Assembly (NCBI GenBank): GCA_030704615.1
Contig: CM060733.1
Location: 61,442,001-61,506,000, forward strand
Length of the DNA: 64,000 nucleotides
Source: Takakia lepidozioides
Taxonomy: Eukaryota; Plantae; Bryophyta
Reading direction: 5' to 3'
A program made the position numbers and the translations under genes. The first letter of the stretch is position 1. Every line of letters starts with the position of its first letter. The notes under the pieces were generated by a model, which did no database searches, was not told the DNA's origin, and saw nothing but the letters and a program-made list of their open reading frames with translations. Of this stretch, positions 1 to 12,736 are shown piece after piece.

Positions 1-2
1 AT

Positions 3-1491
3 TTGTTTTTGAAACCACTGGTCAAGGTCTGGTAGAGATTTGGTGGACAATACACCAAGAGTAACACTCTGCTCATTGACGACACCGCCATGAAGTGTGT
101 ATTGAACCCGCCCGACTCATGTCTTGTTCTCAAACCATTCCAGACCGTGGAGATTGATGGTTGTTATCTTCTCAAGGTTCTTCAGACCTATTTGCTTGGA
201 ATGAGGAAACATCCCACTGTTTCAAGCTATTTTAATGGTCTACTCTTGGTCCTTTACAGTAGTCCATTGTCGGGACACTTATGTCTCCGAAAACGTAGAG
301 GTCACTCTAAAACTAAGAAACACTACATCGTGTTGTTTTTGACGACGGGAACACTTAAATTGCGCAGGATGTCATCGTCCATCAACCTTCATCTGCCACA
401 TCGGGGAAGAGGAAACGGATGTTGTTAATATTGAGTGTCAATGGACTCCTCTGCTACCGGCCACCTCCAACCGGCGGTGAATTGTTTAAGGAGAGATTTC
501 GTTTCAGGAAAGTTACAGTTCATGTTCCCAACAGACCTTTTGTTGTTCCCCGGCCCGGAGTCTTGGAGTTTCTCAACCTTGCGTTCATGCATTTTCACGT
601 GGCGATCTGGTTATGTGCTGAAAGAGATGTTCTTTGTAGGATGCTCGAGTGCTTAGTTCCTACGAAAATTGCGAAGAAATTTTGTTTCATCTGGTCAGCT
701 GAGGATTGCAAAGACACAACCAGTTACATCATGCCTGGGATGAAATATCTCGTTAAGGATATTCGCACTGTTCTTGCCAAGTACCCTGATACACCATTTG
801 CAACGCAGAGACAAATACTTCTTGTCGATGATGAGTCATCAAAGGGCCTCCGAAACCCACCAAATACTGGATTCTTCCGTATTTCATACAAGCCATCACC
901 GAAGGGCTTGGTTGACCAGGATGATATGACAAAAGCTGTGTGGCCATATATATTGAAAATGGCTGCAGCTTCAATAGTGGTAGATTACATCAGCGAAAAC
1001 CCTGCCAAGTGGTCTCGTAAGCCTATTGGTCGTGACCATGCCTATTAAGCTTGGTATGGAAGATATGTTGATCCTCGTGTTTGGATCCCACAACAAAAGG
1101 AACCTGATTACCTTGGTATGTACTTATCCCACTGTTTATTGTTTATGGAGAATTTGATCTTGAAAGTGTCTTCTACTTGCACTTTTACTTTATCATTTTT
1201 TCTACAAATGTTCCACATTTCAATTGACATTTGTCATTTGAAAAATTGTTTTGCCCAGTCACATTCAAGGAGCGAATTCGAAAAGAAGAAGAAGAGCTTC
1301 GTGATTGGCGAGAATGGCGGGCTTCTCGGCAGGCTTCAAGGGCATTAGGAGATTCAACAAGTAGAGTTCCAAGTAACATTTCAGATGATAATGTTATTAC
1401 TAGGTTCGAGTTCTCCGAAAGTATTTCCGTTTCCTCTGGTGCGGAGACCGTTGGTTGTGGAACCGGAGGCGTCTTCGAACACATGCCTTGA
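3..1491 (+). pseudogene. Tandem FCP1/NIF-type (CTD-phosphatase-like, HAD fold) domain gene, degenerate; 5' end lies outside the window
   Basis: Frame from base 3 reads LFLKPLVKVW*RFGGQYTKSNTLLIDDTAMKCVLNPP, the C-terminal half of one NIF domain, with TAG at 33-35. After an acceptor at 367/368 a second full domain follows: LLILSVNGLL (DxDx motif lost), RPGVLEFL, VAIW, FIWSAEDC, ILLVDD..K..NPPNT. TAA at 1046-1048 is followed by more frame up to a GT at 1116; a last exon lies at ~1259-1491. Confidence 0.7.
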
Positions 1492-3430
1492 CTGCGAGCC
1501 GTTTGGGAGGAGGCTCTGTAATATTAATGGGTTAGTGTAAGCCGTTGTATGGCTTCGAGCCGCTGGATAACATCAAGTCCAACGGATGTACAGTTGACGT
1601 TACATTATATCTGACTGCAACGCTAAAGATGCAATCTCTAATAAAAAGTTTATCATCAATGTATGCGGACACATTCTTTCATGTCATTCTCTTCATCACA
1701 TGCCATGATTGTTCTATGTTTGGTTTTGTATGTCATATGATATGACAACCATTTTGTGCAAAAAAATTTATATATCTGACCTCACATCATGGTGTAATTT
1801 ATTGCATCCTCCCATTTTTTTCGTGAACGTCAACTTGGCAGTGGATGTTCTTCTAAAACCACAATACATACTTATATTGTCTTCAAAAATGTTTTGGAGG
1901 ATTATTGTTCATGGTTATATTGTGCATAAAATAACCAAAATAATCATATATATCGCTTTATTTCAATAATAAATTTTGTTTATTCATATTTCTCATATTA
2001 TTTCTGGACCAAACAAAAGTCCAGAATTAGTTAAAATAGTGTTATTTCTCTTGGTTAATATTAGGCTGGTAGGGTTCTTGATACCATTGCATATACATGT
2101 GCACATACTAGACAATACCCTATATACCGGTACAACACTGGAGCAAACAACCCCCAAAAAAAAAAAAAAAAAAAAAAAAATCTTGTGATTTTGACGAGGG
2201 GTGAAAACAAATGTGCATCAATGCACACTTGTTTTGCAGCACAAAAATATATTTAAAAAATTAAAAAAAATTGGGGATTTTTTTCCTTTTTGTGATTTCG
2301 ACGAGGGCTGCCTAACTCCACAACCCCCTGTTTTTTTCTTCTTCTCATATATTCGTTTTAAGAAATTTGTAATACAAAAGCAAAGAAGTACCTCTATTTC
2401 TTTTATAAATGTAAATTTCATAATACCACAACCCTTTGTTAAAAATAAATATTTTAGAATTTTTATTTTTCAAGAATTTGTTGGACCCTATGTTTTATCG
2501 CACATGGTTTGGAATTCATGCCGAGTGACTTCCTCTAGGGGAATTGTTAGCACTATTGAAGCTTTGCTTCCGACCAGCCATGTTCTTGAGGAGTTTTGAA
2601 TTATATTTTGTTTATAATTTTTTTTATTATAATTTGTGATTGTTTTTTTAAATATTTATTCCGTCAATGAAATAGGTTTGAATAACACCATAATCAATGA
2701 AGATATTTTAAATAGGTGTTTGTATTTTGTAGACGAATTTTAAAAATAAAATAAAAATCTAATAGTTTAATAAAATTAATTTGAGCTTTATTCTTTTTGA
2801 ATATTTATTTATTTTGTAAATTTAACAAATCAAATCTTCCAATAATCTGACAGTCTTACTTCAAATATGTTATAGATTAGTATTTCCTACGTAAAACACA
2901 ACACATATAGTTTGTGTGTTATCAAGTTTAATTTCTTCAGGATGGATAACACATGAATAAGGTTATGTTTAACAAGTGAAATTTTGCTAGTTCTGTAATA
3001 ACATAAGGGTATTGCAGAGGAAGCATGATTTGTATTAAATTCGCTTGTGACACCTTACATCTCTTCCATAAAAGTTGTCATTAACTTGCACTAGATCATG
3101 GCTTTACCACACAAGCGGCATGGGATCAGTAGCAGGGGAAACAAACGCGAAAACGCAATTGGTTGAGTCATCGCAGAGCAACACCCTCACCTACCACACT
3201 AGAGGAACGTCCAGGAACGCCGGAATTGAGCCATCCCAGCACTACTCCACACCAACCTATCTGAGAAACTTCTGAGGTCGCAGTCCTCCTCTCAACGGTC
3301 CCATGAAAAATGCGGATGATGTGGTGCGTACGTTGAGCCTCTCCGCAGAAGTCGGATTTCCAGGGACTACCGCCTGGATTTTTGAAATGTTAGGGAATGT
3401 TCTTGTCGTGTTTCGCTCATTTCCGCCATC

Positions 3431-4580
3431 ATGGAGCTCATCTCTCTCGTTCACCATAACAGATCTATTTTTCTCGTCGCTCATGTCTCCCTTCTTGTCT
3501 CCCGTATAAGGATTGACCTTGATAGTGTTGGAGACACTTTGTGGTTAAATATGCCACCTTGCAGTACCGTCAATCGTGTAGGAAGTGCAAATGGTAGTGG
3601 TGGGATGCTTGTAGCACCATTTCCATTTCTTCATGGTCCTTACATGCACCCAAGATCTTTGATGAGTCAACTTTTTGACTCCTCAATCCCAAATCTCACA
3701 CCGCAACTACGACCAGCAGATATCATTTCTAACGAGCAACCGGCCGCTCCAAAGAAGAAGAGAGCAGCAAAAAAGAAGGTCGTAAAACCAGAAGCAATTG
3801 ACTTGAAGGACGACGTCGAGGAGAAAAAGTGTAACGGTTTATGGAAGGATCATAGGGTTATCCATTTGATAACGCTGCGTGGTGAGATGCAAGCTGACGT
3901 ATTTTCCGCTCCACCAGTAAAACAAGGCATGCAACATCAAGTTTGGGAATAATAGGTCAGAGAAATCTCGACGGTATAATTTGGTAGATGAGTTTATGCA
4001 TGATAGAGCAAATGCGGTCTTTTATGCATATGGTAGTGCCCATGATGTACCAGAGTGCCTTGACCCCACTACTAGTTCTCAAGAGATAAATATGAAATGT
4101 GACAAGGGTAGTGCATAGAGCAAAAGAAACAGTGAGAAATCAACAAAGAAAAAGAAGAGAAATGATCATTTTCTGGAGCGTTGCTTGGAAGAAGTCAGAG
4201 AGAACAGAAAACAAATGATGGAGAGCTTCAAATCAAATGAAGACATTAAAATATCTTTATTGACGTTTTGAGACATTGAAGAAGCTAGTTGAGAAACTAA
4301 TCTAGATCAATCGCTGGTATGGTTCATTCGCTGCTAGCATGGTTTTGGTTGTGAGAGAATGTCTCATCAACCAATGTTCTCTTATTTCAATTCCACAACG
4401 ATCTGGCAATGCTATCTCTTATAGCCGCTAACTCCTTTGCACTTGTTCCTCATGCAAAGTTTTATGGAGATAGAGAGACATCATTTACATCAAAAGAGAA
4501 GACAACTGTATCTTCCACATAAGCTGGCTCTCTCACTGCTAGAGATTCATCTAGTCCTTGGCCATTGCTAATTGACTTCG
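3431..4580. mobile_element. Degenerate PIF/Harbinger-like element: Myb/SANT-like ORF1 (+) converging on a transposase C-terminus (-)
   Basis: ORF 3431-3952 ends in LWKDHRVIHLITLRGEMQADVF..KQG..VWE (trihelix/Myb-SANT-like). A coiled-coil tail at ~4131-4300 reads KKKRNDHFLERCLEEVRENRKQMMESF. The minus strand at 4440-4390 reads AKELAAIRDSIARSLWN, matching the R-D-x-I-A-x-x-(M/L)-W end of Harbinger transposases. Stops and frameshifts are present; no terminal inverted repeats (TIRs) found. Confidence 0.55.
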
Positions 4581-7500
4581 AGGATTAGGGCATAAATGAA
4601 AAATCAAACTTTCAAAATCAAGGTATATGATCTAAGTTTTAACTTTTGAGCCATTTATTTCGATTTTTTTTAAAAACTTTTTTTTACTAGTATTATATTA
4701 GAAATCAATGTTTTTTGTTTCAGTAGATTTAGACTGGATTGCTCCAACTTATGATTCTCGGCCATGGCTTCTTACATACATATTGGTATTACAACATGCT
4801 GCTCACATAAAGTGTAATAAGAACTGGTACTTAACGACTTAAATAAATCAATGAGAAATAAAAAGAGAAATACCAGTTAATTGAGAAATCAACGAGAAAT
4901 AAAGAGAGAACGCTGAGTCCTCTCAAAACTCAATCACTCTGTTAGTAACCTTTGATACAGTGTAAGATTTTTCCTATAGATTGTTAGCATTACGGGTAAG
5001 AACAAAGACGACAACGTTCATTGACACTTTTCCTTTTCTGACCATCATCACTTAACAATTCTACAAGAGAATATGAAATTCTTCGTAAGTGATCAGCGGT
5101 TATCAGAGGAGGAAAGCTTGAGCTCATTGACATTTCTTACTGTTTCAGAGACATTTTCAAGTCTGCGATACATCAGACCGAATATTGTGGAGGAAGAAGT
5201 TAGCTTGAAGTAGTATAAAAAAGTGCGTGAAAAACTTCTATTGTACCTGTCTCAGATGCACAGCTAAAGTTTTTTGTCGGACCTCTTGCCTCATGATGCC
5301 TCATGTCAACAACGAGATATATTTGAGCTTCGCTGAAGGAAGACTTCAATATGTGTCATCGAATCCGCCAGAAAGAGCTCAAAGCAATTTTCAAGTGAGT
5401 ACTTATAAGCGCTCTCATAATGAAATCTATCCGTCTGAAGTCAGAATTGTTTTTGACATAGGTTTTCTTCCTTACAATAATATAAGCAAGTCATGACATG
5501 AATCATTTCCCTTAATAGTCTGAATATTATCTACGAACTAAGTGGAATTCACAAAGCATATTGCAAAGTTCAAAGCTACAAGTCTCCCCAAAATCTGTGG
5601 AGAACTCCCATTTTTAGGAGCTGCAACGATGTTTGAGCAAAAGATAGGCCAAGCCCGGCTGGTACGGGCAAACTTGGTGTTCTAATCTCACAGCTGCCCT
5701 CGATGACTACTTCAGTGCGGCCATTAGGTTCTTTTAACATAGCAAATTTTATCCTCGTGTTGAAAGCACTCCCCAAAGCATAGCGAAGGCGAGGAGCCTC
5801 GTATCCTCCTAGGGTGGGAGTGGCGAGTCACGAGGAATACCAGCCACAACTACTATATGGCGTGTCATGTAAAGAAGAGATGCAAGGTCTACCGTAGAGT
5901 AATTCTAAAGAGGTCCTTCTAGTAATAGCATGAACTTGCAAACATGAAAAAGACAATGAACTCATCCCACTCCTTCGTGAGAGCACCATTCTTCTCAAAC
6001 ATGCAACACAAAATTTTGGACCTTTCGGTTAGGCCTTGTGAATGGAGTTTAGATGAGTGTATGTGTAATAATGTGTCGTAACGTTACAGAAGTGTTATTT
6101 TTTTGTTACTGGCAATTCCATCCAGGTGAGGCCCTGCACGTATGGCCATGCTTGTGGATAGGATTCCCATGATGTATGACTGTAGGTGCAGAGGCATGTG
6201 CATGCGGGGGGGAAGGGAATCCAAGGCGGGCAGCGCATGGGCTGCTCGTGTGGGTCCCAGGGAATCCAAAGCGCCGTCCCACACCCAACCCAGCACAACA
6301 CAACACACCTATTTGCAAACATTTTATGACAACAGCATTGAATGCGCGTAAAATACAATAACAGGATGTGAGCACTGCGCATACAAAGGAAGGAATGGCG
6401 AGCCCAAAAGGTGGTGCGTCTACGGAAGGGGTGTTTGAATAGTAATTCAAAGCGCTGACGACGAGTCACAATAAGTGCACGCGTCCCGAGTTGCAGTGGA
6501 GTTGGTGCTCCAGGATCGGCTCCCCCTCCCGCTCTCTCTCTCTCTCTCGCACCTCACTGTTAGGTTTTGCTGCTGCCGCCCTTGAGGGAAGACCTCATCC
6601 ACTCTTAGGCAACCTTCTCCTATCACGTCGTCCCACCATCTCCGCCAGGGTGTTTCCCTCCTTTTTTCCGTTCTGGTGCGCGCAACTTGAACTGTTTATA
6701 AATGTCGACTCTCCAGCCTGACATGTTTGCGAGCTACTGCAGAACTCTTGTTAGCTAGCTGCTAGTTGTACTTTGGTGTCTCTAGAGTCTGGAGTCTACT
6801 TTGTCACTCAGTCTCGTTGCCGTGCTCCCCCAGAGTAGTCTGGAGGCTAGAAGAAGGCTTTGAGGAGGGGTGGGGGCGGAGGGGGCCGAAGGGAGGAGTC
6901 TATGTGTTGACAGCTGCGAAGGTAAACCTGCTGGTGCTGGCGAGGAGGTAGTGTGCCGGTTGGAGATACTTTTGTCGAAGTGGGTGTAACTAGGAATGTT
7001 GCAGTGTTGAGTTGACCACGTGACTTGTTCTCCGAGAGAGAGAAAAAGAGAGAGAGAGGAGTTTCAGCGCCAAAGGTGCTGCTTCTCTCTCCCTCCTTTT
7101 CTCTGGACGTTTAGAGAGAGGGCGGGAGGCAAAGTTCAATAGTGCCATGCACTTTGCATTGCCTCCCTCTTCTCTCCAGTCCCTTGCTCTCGGTTTTTTT
7201 TTTGCTTCATCTGTATCTATATTCCCCCCCTCCTCTTCTTCGTCCGCGTCTGGAACTGCATTATCTTCCGTTTGATACAGTGTCTCAGAACTGTAGTGAA
7301 ATCTTCACTTGTTCAAGATTCCTCTCACCCTATCTTTTGGGGTGGTTTCGAGTGTGCATATTGGAGTTCTAGTCCACGTCTTAAGACCTAGATTCAGGAG
7401 CAACTGTTGAGATACAAGTTTCTCTTGGAGGCTGCAGCAGCCTGCTTCAAACATACCGCCACACCTCGGTAAGGTGTGCGGAAAGGCCAAAGTTTGCTAT

Positions 7501-7686
7501 AGTCATGTTAAAGTGAACACAGAGATCAAGCGTATTTAGCTACAGCTGACGGCCCAGGAGATTTCCTAGTCCTTTCTCTGGTGGAAACGAACTGGTACTG
7601 TCCGGGCAGAAATGAGAGTACAGGCCACCTGCGCTCTTGTCTAGCTTGGTAAAGCTTGTCAACAAACCCGGGAGAGCTACGGACGA

Positions 7687-10080
7687 ATGAGGCTGGGGGG
7701 TGTTACCGTCTCAGCAACTCCTAACGGTACACTAGGGAGGAGCTTTGCGGACTTCGGGGGTATGCCCGCTGGGTTGATGGCCCCTCCGCGACCGGTGCCA
7801 CCGCTGGCGTTGTCTCGCCCACCCCCGAAAAATGTCTATGAATCCTCTCCGGGCCTCTCACTGGCCCCCCCCAGTGGCCTTGAGGGACAGCGCGAAATGA
7901 GCCAAACGGCTGAGAGTGAGCAACAACAGAAAAACAAAGAGGAAGAGTATGAAAGCAGGTCAGGCAGTGACAACATGGAGGGAGGCTCTGGTGATGATCA
8001 GGATCCTGATCACCCACCTCGCAAGAAGAGGTATCACAGGCATACGCCACGCCAAATTCAAGAGATGGAAATGGTGTTCAAAGAGTGCCCCCACCCTGAT
8101 GACAAGCAGCGACAGCACTTGAGCAAGGACCTAGGCCTGGAGCCCCGTCAGGTCAAGTTTTGGTTCCAAAACCGGAGAACCCAGATGAAAGCCCACCACG
8201 AGCGAGCTGAGAACTCAATTCTCCGAGCTGACAATGATAAACTGCGGTCCGAAAATATTACAATGCGAGAGGCAATCAAGAATGCATCTTGTCCCCACTG
8301 CGGGGGTCCCGCGACCTTGGGTGAGATGTCATTCGACGAGCAGCAATTGCGCATTGAAAATGTGCGCTTGAAGGAGGAGCTTGATCGTGTTTCTTCTTTG
8401 GCCGCAAAGTACCTCGGTAGACCTATCGCGCCAATGGCACCTCTTGCTCTTCCAAGCTCTTCTCTGGATCTGCAAGTGGGCGGGGGCAGCTTTGGCATTC
8501 ATGCAGCACCTATTGGGATGGACATTGTGCAGGGTCCCTCGGTTGCTGATGTAGCAACTCGGCCAGGTGGGCTCACGGATGCGGAGAAGCCAATGGTTGT
8601 GGAGCTTGCTGTCACAGCTATGGAAGAGTTGGTGCGCATGGCTCAAGCTGAAGATCCTCTCTGGATAGCCAGCCCTGATGCTCCCAAAGAACAGCTGAAC
8701 TACGATGAGTACGTGCGCCAGTTTCCACGTGGGATTGGCAGCCGACCTCATGGACTGAAGACGGAGGCCACGCGGGAGACGGGGTTGGTGATGATGAATG
8801 GAGTGAATTTGGTGGAGACACTAATGGACGCCGGGCGCTGGATGGAAATGTTTCCTTGCATTGTATCTCGAGCTCTGACTGTTGATGTCCTCTCCCCTGG
8901 AGTGACTGGAAATCGCAACGGATCTTTGCAGCTGATGTATGCAGAGCTCCAGGTGTTGTCTCCGTTGGTACCCACGCGCGAGATTTACTTCCTTCGCTAC
9001 TGCAAGCAGCATGCCGAGGGCGTGTGGGCTGTGGTGGATGTGTCTGTGGATAGCCTTCGAGACAATCCTCCACCATCTTTGATGCGCTGCAGAAGGCGTC
9101 CTTCAGGCATGCTGATCCAGGAGACCCCAAACGGATACTCTAAAATAACAGCAGTGGAACACATGGAGTATGATGATCGCGCTGTCCACGGCATGTATCG
9201 AGCTCTGGTCAACACAGGCATGGCATTTGGTGCGCAACGGTGGGTGGCCACTCTTCAGCGCCAGTGTGAGCGCCTGGCCAGTTTGCTCGCAATCAGTGCT
9301 CCCACTAGAGATCTGGGTGGGGTGCCGAGTGCCAATGGGCGGCGCAGCATGCTGAAACTGGCTCAGCGCATGACTAACAATTTCTGTGCGGGTGTGAGTG
9401 CTTCGACTGTCCATACCTGGACAACACTCTCTGGAAGTGGTGAAGATGACGTGCGGGTGATGACTCGCAAGAGTGTGGACAACCCGGGTGAGCCTCATGG
9501 CATCGTTCTGAGTGCTGCCACCTCTATGTGGCTCCCGGTACCTCCTCAACGTGTCTTTGAGTTTCTTAGGGACGAGCGATTGCGGAGTGAGTGGGACATC
9601 CTGTCGAATGGAGGGCTAGTGGCTGAAATGGCACACATTGCCAAAGGGCAAGATCCTGGGAACAGTGTATCACTTTTGCGAGTGAATGCTCTGAACTCAA
9701 GCCAAAGCAATATGCTGATTCTCCAAGAAAGCTGCACCGACGTGGCTGGCTCGTTGGTCATCTATGCACCTGTTGACATTCCAGCCATGAACCTTGTGTT
9801 GCAGGGCAGTGATCCTGCCTATGTCGCTCTCCTACCCTCAGGGTTCGCAATTCTTCCGGATGGCCCGGAGAACCGACGGTCCATGAGTGTTCAACATGAT
9901 GGTGGGCAACTTGCAGACAGCCCGCGCACAGGAGGGTCTCTTTTGACAGTAGCTTTTCAGATTCTGGTGAGCAGTATACCATCAGCCAGGCTCTCTCTGG
10001 AATCGGTTGCAACGGTAAACAATCTCATATCCTGCACAGTTCAGCGCATCAAGTCTGCTCTGCAGTGCGAGGACGTTTAA
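7687..10080 (+). CDS. Class IV homeodomain-leucine zipper (HD-ZIP IV/C4HDZ; PDF2/ATML1/HDG2-like) transcription factor, intronless, 797 aa
   Basis: Single ORF with homeodomain ([17 protein letters not shown]...[14 protein letters not shown]), zipper-loop-zipper with CPHCGGP, START domain (AMEELVRMA...[15 protein letters not shown]) and SAD C-terminus ([12 protein letters not shown]). Confidence 0.97.
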   Translation: MRLGGVTVSATPNGTLGRSFADFGGMPAGLMAPPRPVPPLALSRPPPKNVYESSPGLSLAPPSGLEGQREMSQTAESEQQQKNKEEEYESRSGSDNMEGGSGDDQDPDHPPRKKRYHRHTPRQIQEMEMVFKECPHPDDKQRQHLSKDLGLEPRQVKFWFQNRRTQMKAHHERAENSILRADNDKLRSENITMREAIKNASCPHCGGPATLGEMSFDEQQLRIENVRLKEELDRVSSLAAKYLGRPIAPMAPLALPSSSLDLQVGGGSFGIHAAPIGMDIVQGPSVADVATRPGGLTDAEKPMVVELAVTAMEELVRMAQAEDPLWIASPDAPKEQLNYDEYVRQFPRGIGSRPHGLKTEATRETGLVMMNGVNLVETLMDAGRWMEMFPCIVSRALTVDVLSPGVTGNRNGSLQLMYAELQVLSPLVPTREIYFLRYCKQHAEGVWAVVDVSVDSLRDNPPPSLMRCRRRPSGMLIQETPNGYSKITAVEHMEYDDRAVHGMYRALVNTGMAFGAQRWVATLQRQCERLASLLAISAPTRDLGGVPSANGRRSMLKLAQRMTNNFCAGVSASTVHTWTTLSGSGEDDVRVMTRKSVDNPGEPHGIVLSAATSMWLPVPPQRVFEFLRDERLRSEWDILSNGGLVAEMAHIAKGQDPGNSVSLLRVNALNSSQSNMLILQESCTDVAGSLVIYAPVDIPAMNLVLQGSDPAYVALLPSGFAILPDGPENRRSMSVQHDGGQLADSPRTGGSLLTVAFQILVSSIPSARLSLESVATVNNLISCTVQRIKSALQCEDV

Positions 10081-10342
10081 AGGGGTGGGGTGGGGTGGGT
10101 GGGACCTTTCCTTTGCAGGTTGGGAATGGCAGTTATTTCTAGCTCACAAGTCTCTTGGAAGAGTGAAGGCAAAGAGGGCTTGTGCTGCTGAGAGAGTTGA
10201 GGAACTTTCAAGATTGTTCTCATATTGAGCATCATCTTGAGTGTTCCTCAGGATGGATAAGGAGGGTTACTACCCGAATAATTGGCCATTTAGCGTTGGC
10301 ATGGGGACTATGATAACAAACACAATGTAGGGGGTAGGAGTT

Positions 10343-10518
10343 AGTCAAGAGCGAACCACCATCGATGGCCCTTGCTGCGTGGTAGAGTGGAATATCCACG
10401 ACTGTGTGGATGAGTGCACTCTGGTGTGCGGGTCTCCGTTGTGATTCCTGGTCACTCACACACCAGAATCGTGCATGTGCTTCACCACTCGGCAAGGGTA
10501 GTGGTTCGGGTATTGACT
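10343..10518 (+). promoter_or_regulatory. HD-ZIP IV 3'UTR paired cis-elements (long-range RNA stem)
   Basis: AGTCAA-GAG-CGAACCAC (10343-10359) is complementary to GTGGTTCG-GGTA-TTGACT (10501-10518). The second sequence is the conserved ~19-nt 3'UTR motif known from seed-plant HD-ZIP IV genes. Confidence 0.85.
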
Positions 10519-11794
10519 CTACTTCTCACCCTTCTCTTTCAGTCCATAAACTGGCTCAAAAGATTCTTCACCCCTTGAAAATGACTCTGTAAAATTTTGG
10601 TATCCAAACAGGATTGCAATATCCTATAATGTTCAATTCCAATGAGACTGCAGGTTGTGGAGGGGTCACTGGAAACCGGGTTATACATCATGTGGATGAT
10701 GAGACTGCAGTCTTCTGAACGACAACGTTACTGCGTGTTTGGTTTGCAGGAAGTTTGGAAGTTTTTTATGCCTTGAGTTTTGTATACAAATTGTGTGAAC
10801 AGTGTGTGTTGCTGTTGGGGAGAAAACGTGTGGTAGGCCACAACGCACTCCCCCCCATGGTATTCGACCCCCTGCCCCAAGGGCTGGATGAAAAGTTCAC
10901 GCAGCCTAGAATGGGTGAGAGAGGAAGGGCTTCAACACCTGCTCAAATCTTTCCTTTGCATTTGTGGAGGCGTAATCTTGTAGCATTCCCCCTGCCAGCA
11001 CGCTCCAGACTCACATCGTAGATCGCTACTAGAAAACCGCGTTCAAAGCAAGTAATTCCCAGCTCCCAGCAGCTTTTTCCGCAGCGAAAAGGTCCCTGCC
11101 GGTCGGGTTTCCGCCCTCGAGCAGGAATGAGAAGATCCTGGATGGAGAAAAAGCTTCACAGGGCTTCCCCACTTTTGTTATTGACAATTTACAAACATAA
11201 ACACTTTGTTTTGTCGCAATCCAAACTCCTGTTTACCACTGGATATCTCTCGTTAGTATGATCGCAATCCCTACATACTATTTTTTCAGTGTAGCCCCCT
11301 TCATAGCCTTCAACCCCCCGGGTGTCACCCCAAGTACGGTTGCACCCCGGCTGTAACCTCCTTCAGAGTTCTTGTACATTATTTGTAGTATCTTCCCTTC
11401 CACATCTGGAGTCTAAGTGATAGCATCGCACCTTGACACCTTGTGACACCTTGTGTCTAGGACATCTTGACATGCAGATTTCACTTGGACACTAAAATGA
11501 GGATTCCTCATATTCTAGCGACGACCAAAGGTCAGAAGCTAGTTTAGTCGTAGAGCAGGAATAGGGTGCCTTAGTCCCTCGTCATCATCAACACGTCATC
11601 GTCGTCACGTTTCATAGACACGTCATCGTAGTCGTCAATTTCTTTGGAACTTGCCCGAAATGCCCAAAAATGTCTTTGTGGCGAGGAAGGGATGACGCGG
11701 CGAGGGGATGGCACGGAGGGGTTTCACGTAATGTGGTGAGGGCACCTTCTTCTCATCAGACTCGGCCCTAAGATGCCTGTTATCGGAGTCGTCC

Positions 11795-12560
11795 CTATTC
11801 ATGTTGAATTCTGCAAGTTAGATCGTTGGTGGATCTATGGTGGTTCTGGAGTGATTTTGACATGTTACTGCCAATGTGGCAACATGAAAGAATCGAAAAA
11901 CAGATAACAGAGACGAGGAGAAGCTCTCGAATGAATACGTTTCCGACCCCAGTCAATGGTGGAACAATCGAAAGGTGAATGTTTGTTGGAAGCAAACGCA
12001 AGTCAGCTGTCATTGTCAGCTGCTAGCAGCAAGGCGAGGATGTACGCATGATTTGTGCAGAGGCATGGATAGCTAAAGGAGCAGGGAGAGAGTGTGGGTC
12101 CATATTCATCCAAAAGGGTCAGGTTTCAAGCTCCAGATTACCTATGATTCCCTGTGGAAGGATAGCTACAAGAAAGGTGCATAGGTAGATGCTCAACTGG
12201 AAGCCGCAGCAGCAGTGGCACAATTGATAAAATCAGGCACTGCTAATCAAGGCATTCATCAACACATTTCACCCTGTTTTCCCCTTTTATCAGAATCGGC
12301 CCTAAATTTCCATGTTGAATTTTGCAAGTTAGCTGGTTGAGTGAATCTTTTGATAATTTGGAGTGACTTTGACATGATACTGCCAATGTGACAGTAGGAA
12401 AGTATCCAGAAACAGGTCCAGATTCATCCAAGAGGGCCAGATTTCAAGCTCCAGATTACCTACATGATTCCTGTGGAAGGATAGCTACAAGAAACCCGCA
12501 TGGGTAGATGGTCAACTAAAGGCAGCAGCTGCAGCGGCACAGTTGATAAAATCAGGCACC
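11795..12560 (+). repeat. Diverged tandem duplication (~260 bp unit; copy 1 carries a ~190 bp insertion)
   Basis: catgttgaatt(c/t)tgcaagttag...ctgccaatgtg...tttcaagctccagattaccta...gtggaaggatagctacaagaaa...ttgataaaatcaggcac occurs at ~11800-12240 and again at ~12310-12559. Confidence 0.85.
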
Positions 12561-12710
12561 TCAACGATGACCACAGCTTCTGAAAGAGGATCAAGAGAGG
12601 GAGTCCACAATGCCTCTTCTGGCACTTCTGCGCATGTGAAGATGCTTTAATGTAAGGCAGGCAGACTGACAGAGGCTCTACAGACTTTAAACCAAGGAGG
12701 ATTCCTCAGA
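12498..12710 (+). pseudogene. 5' fragment of a PLS-type PPR gene paralogous to the intact gene at 15473
   Basis: Translates as AQLIKSGTSTMTTASERG...SSGTSAHVKML*CKAGRLTEALQTLNQ. The intact gene reads [18 protein letters not shown]...[26 protein letters not shown]. An in-frame TAA is present and the fragment stops at a SINE. Confidence 0.75.
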
Positions 12711-12736
12711 TTTCATATAACTTTACAATGATACCA

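Noticed and set aside
7721-10012. Many antisense and alternative-frame ORFs over the HD-ZIP IV gene (similarly over the PPR and ProDH genes)
   Set aside because: Shadow ORFs of GC-rich coding sequence with no independent coding signal.
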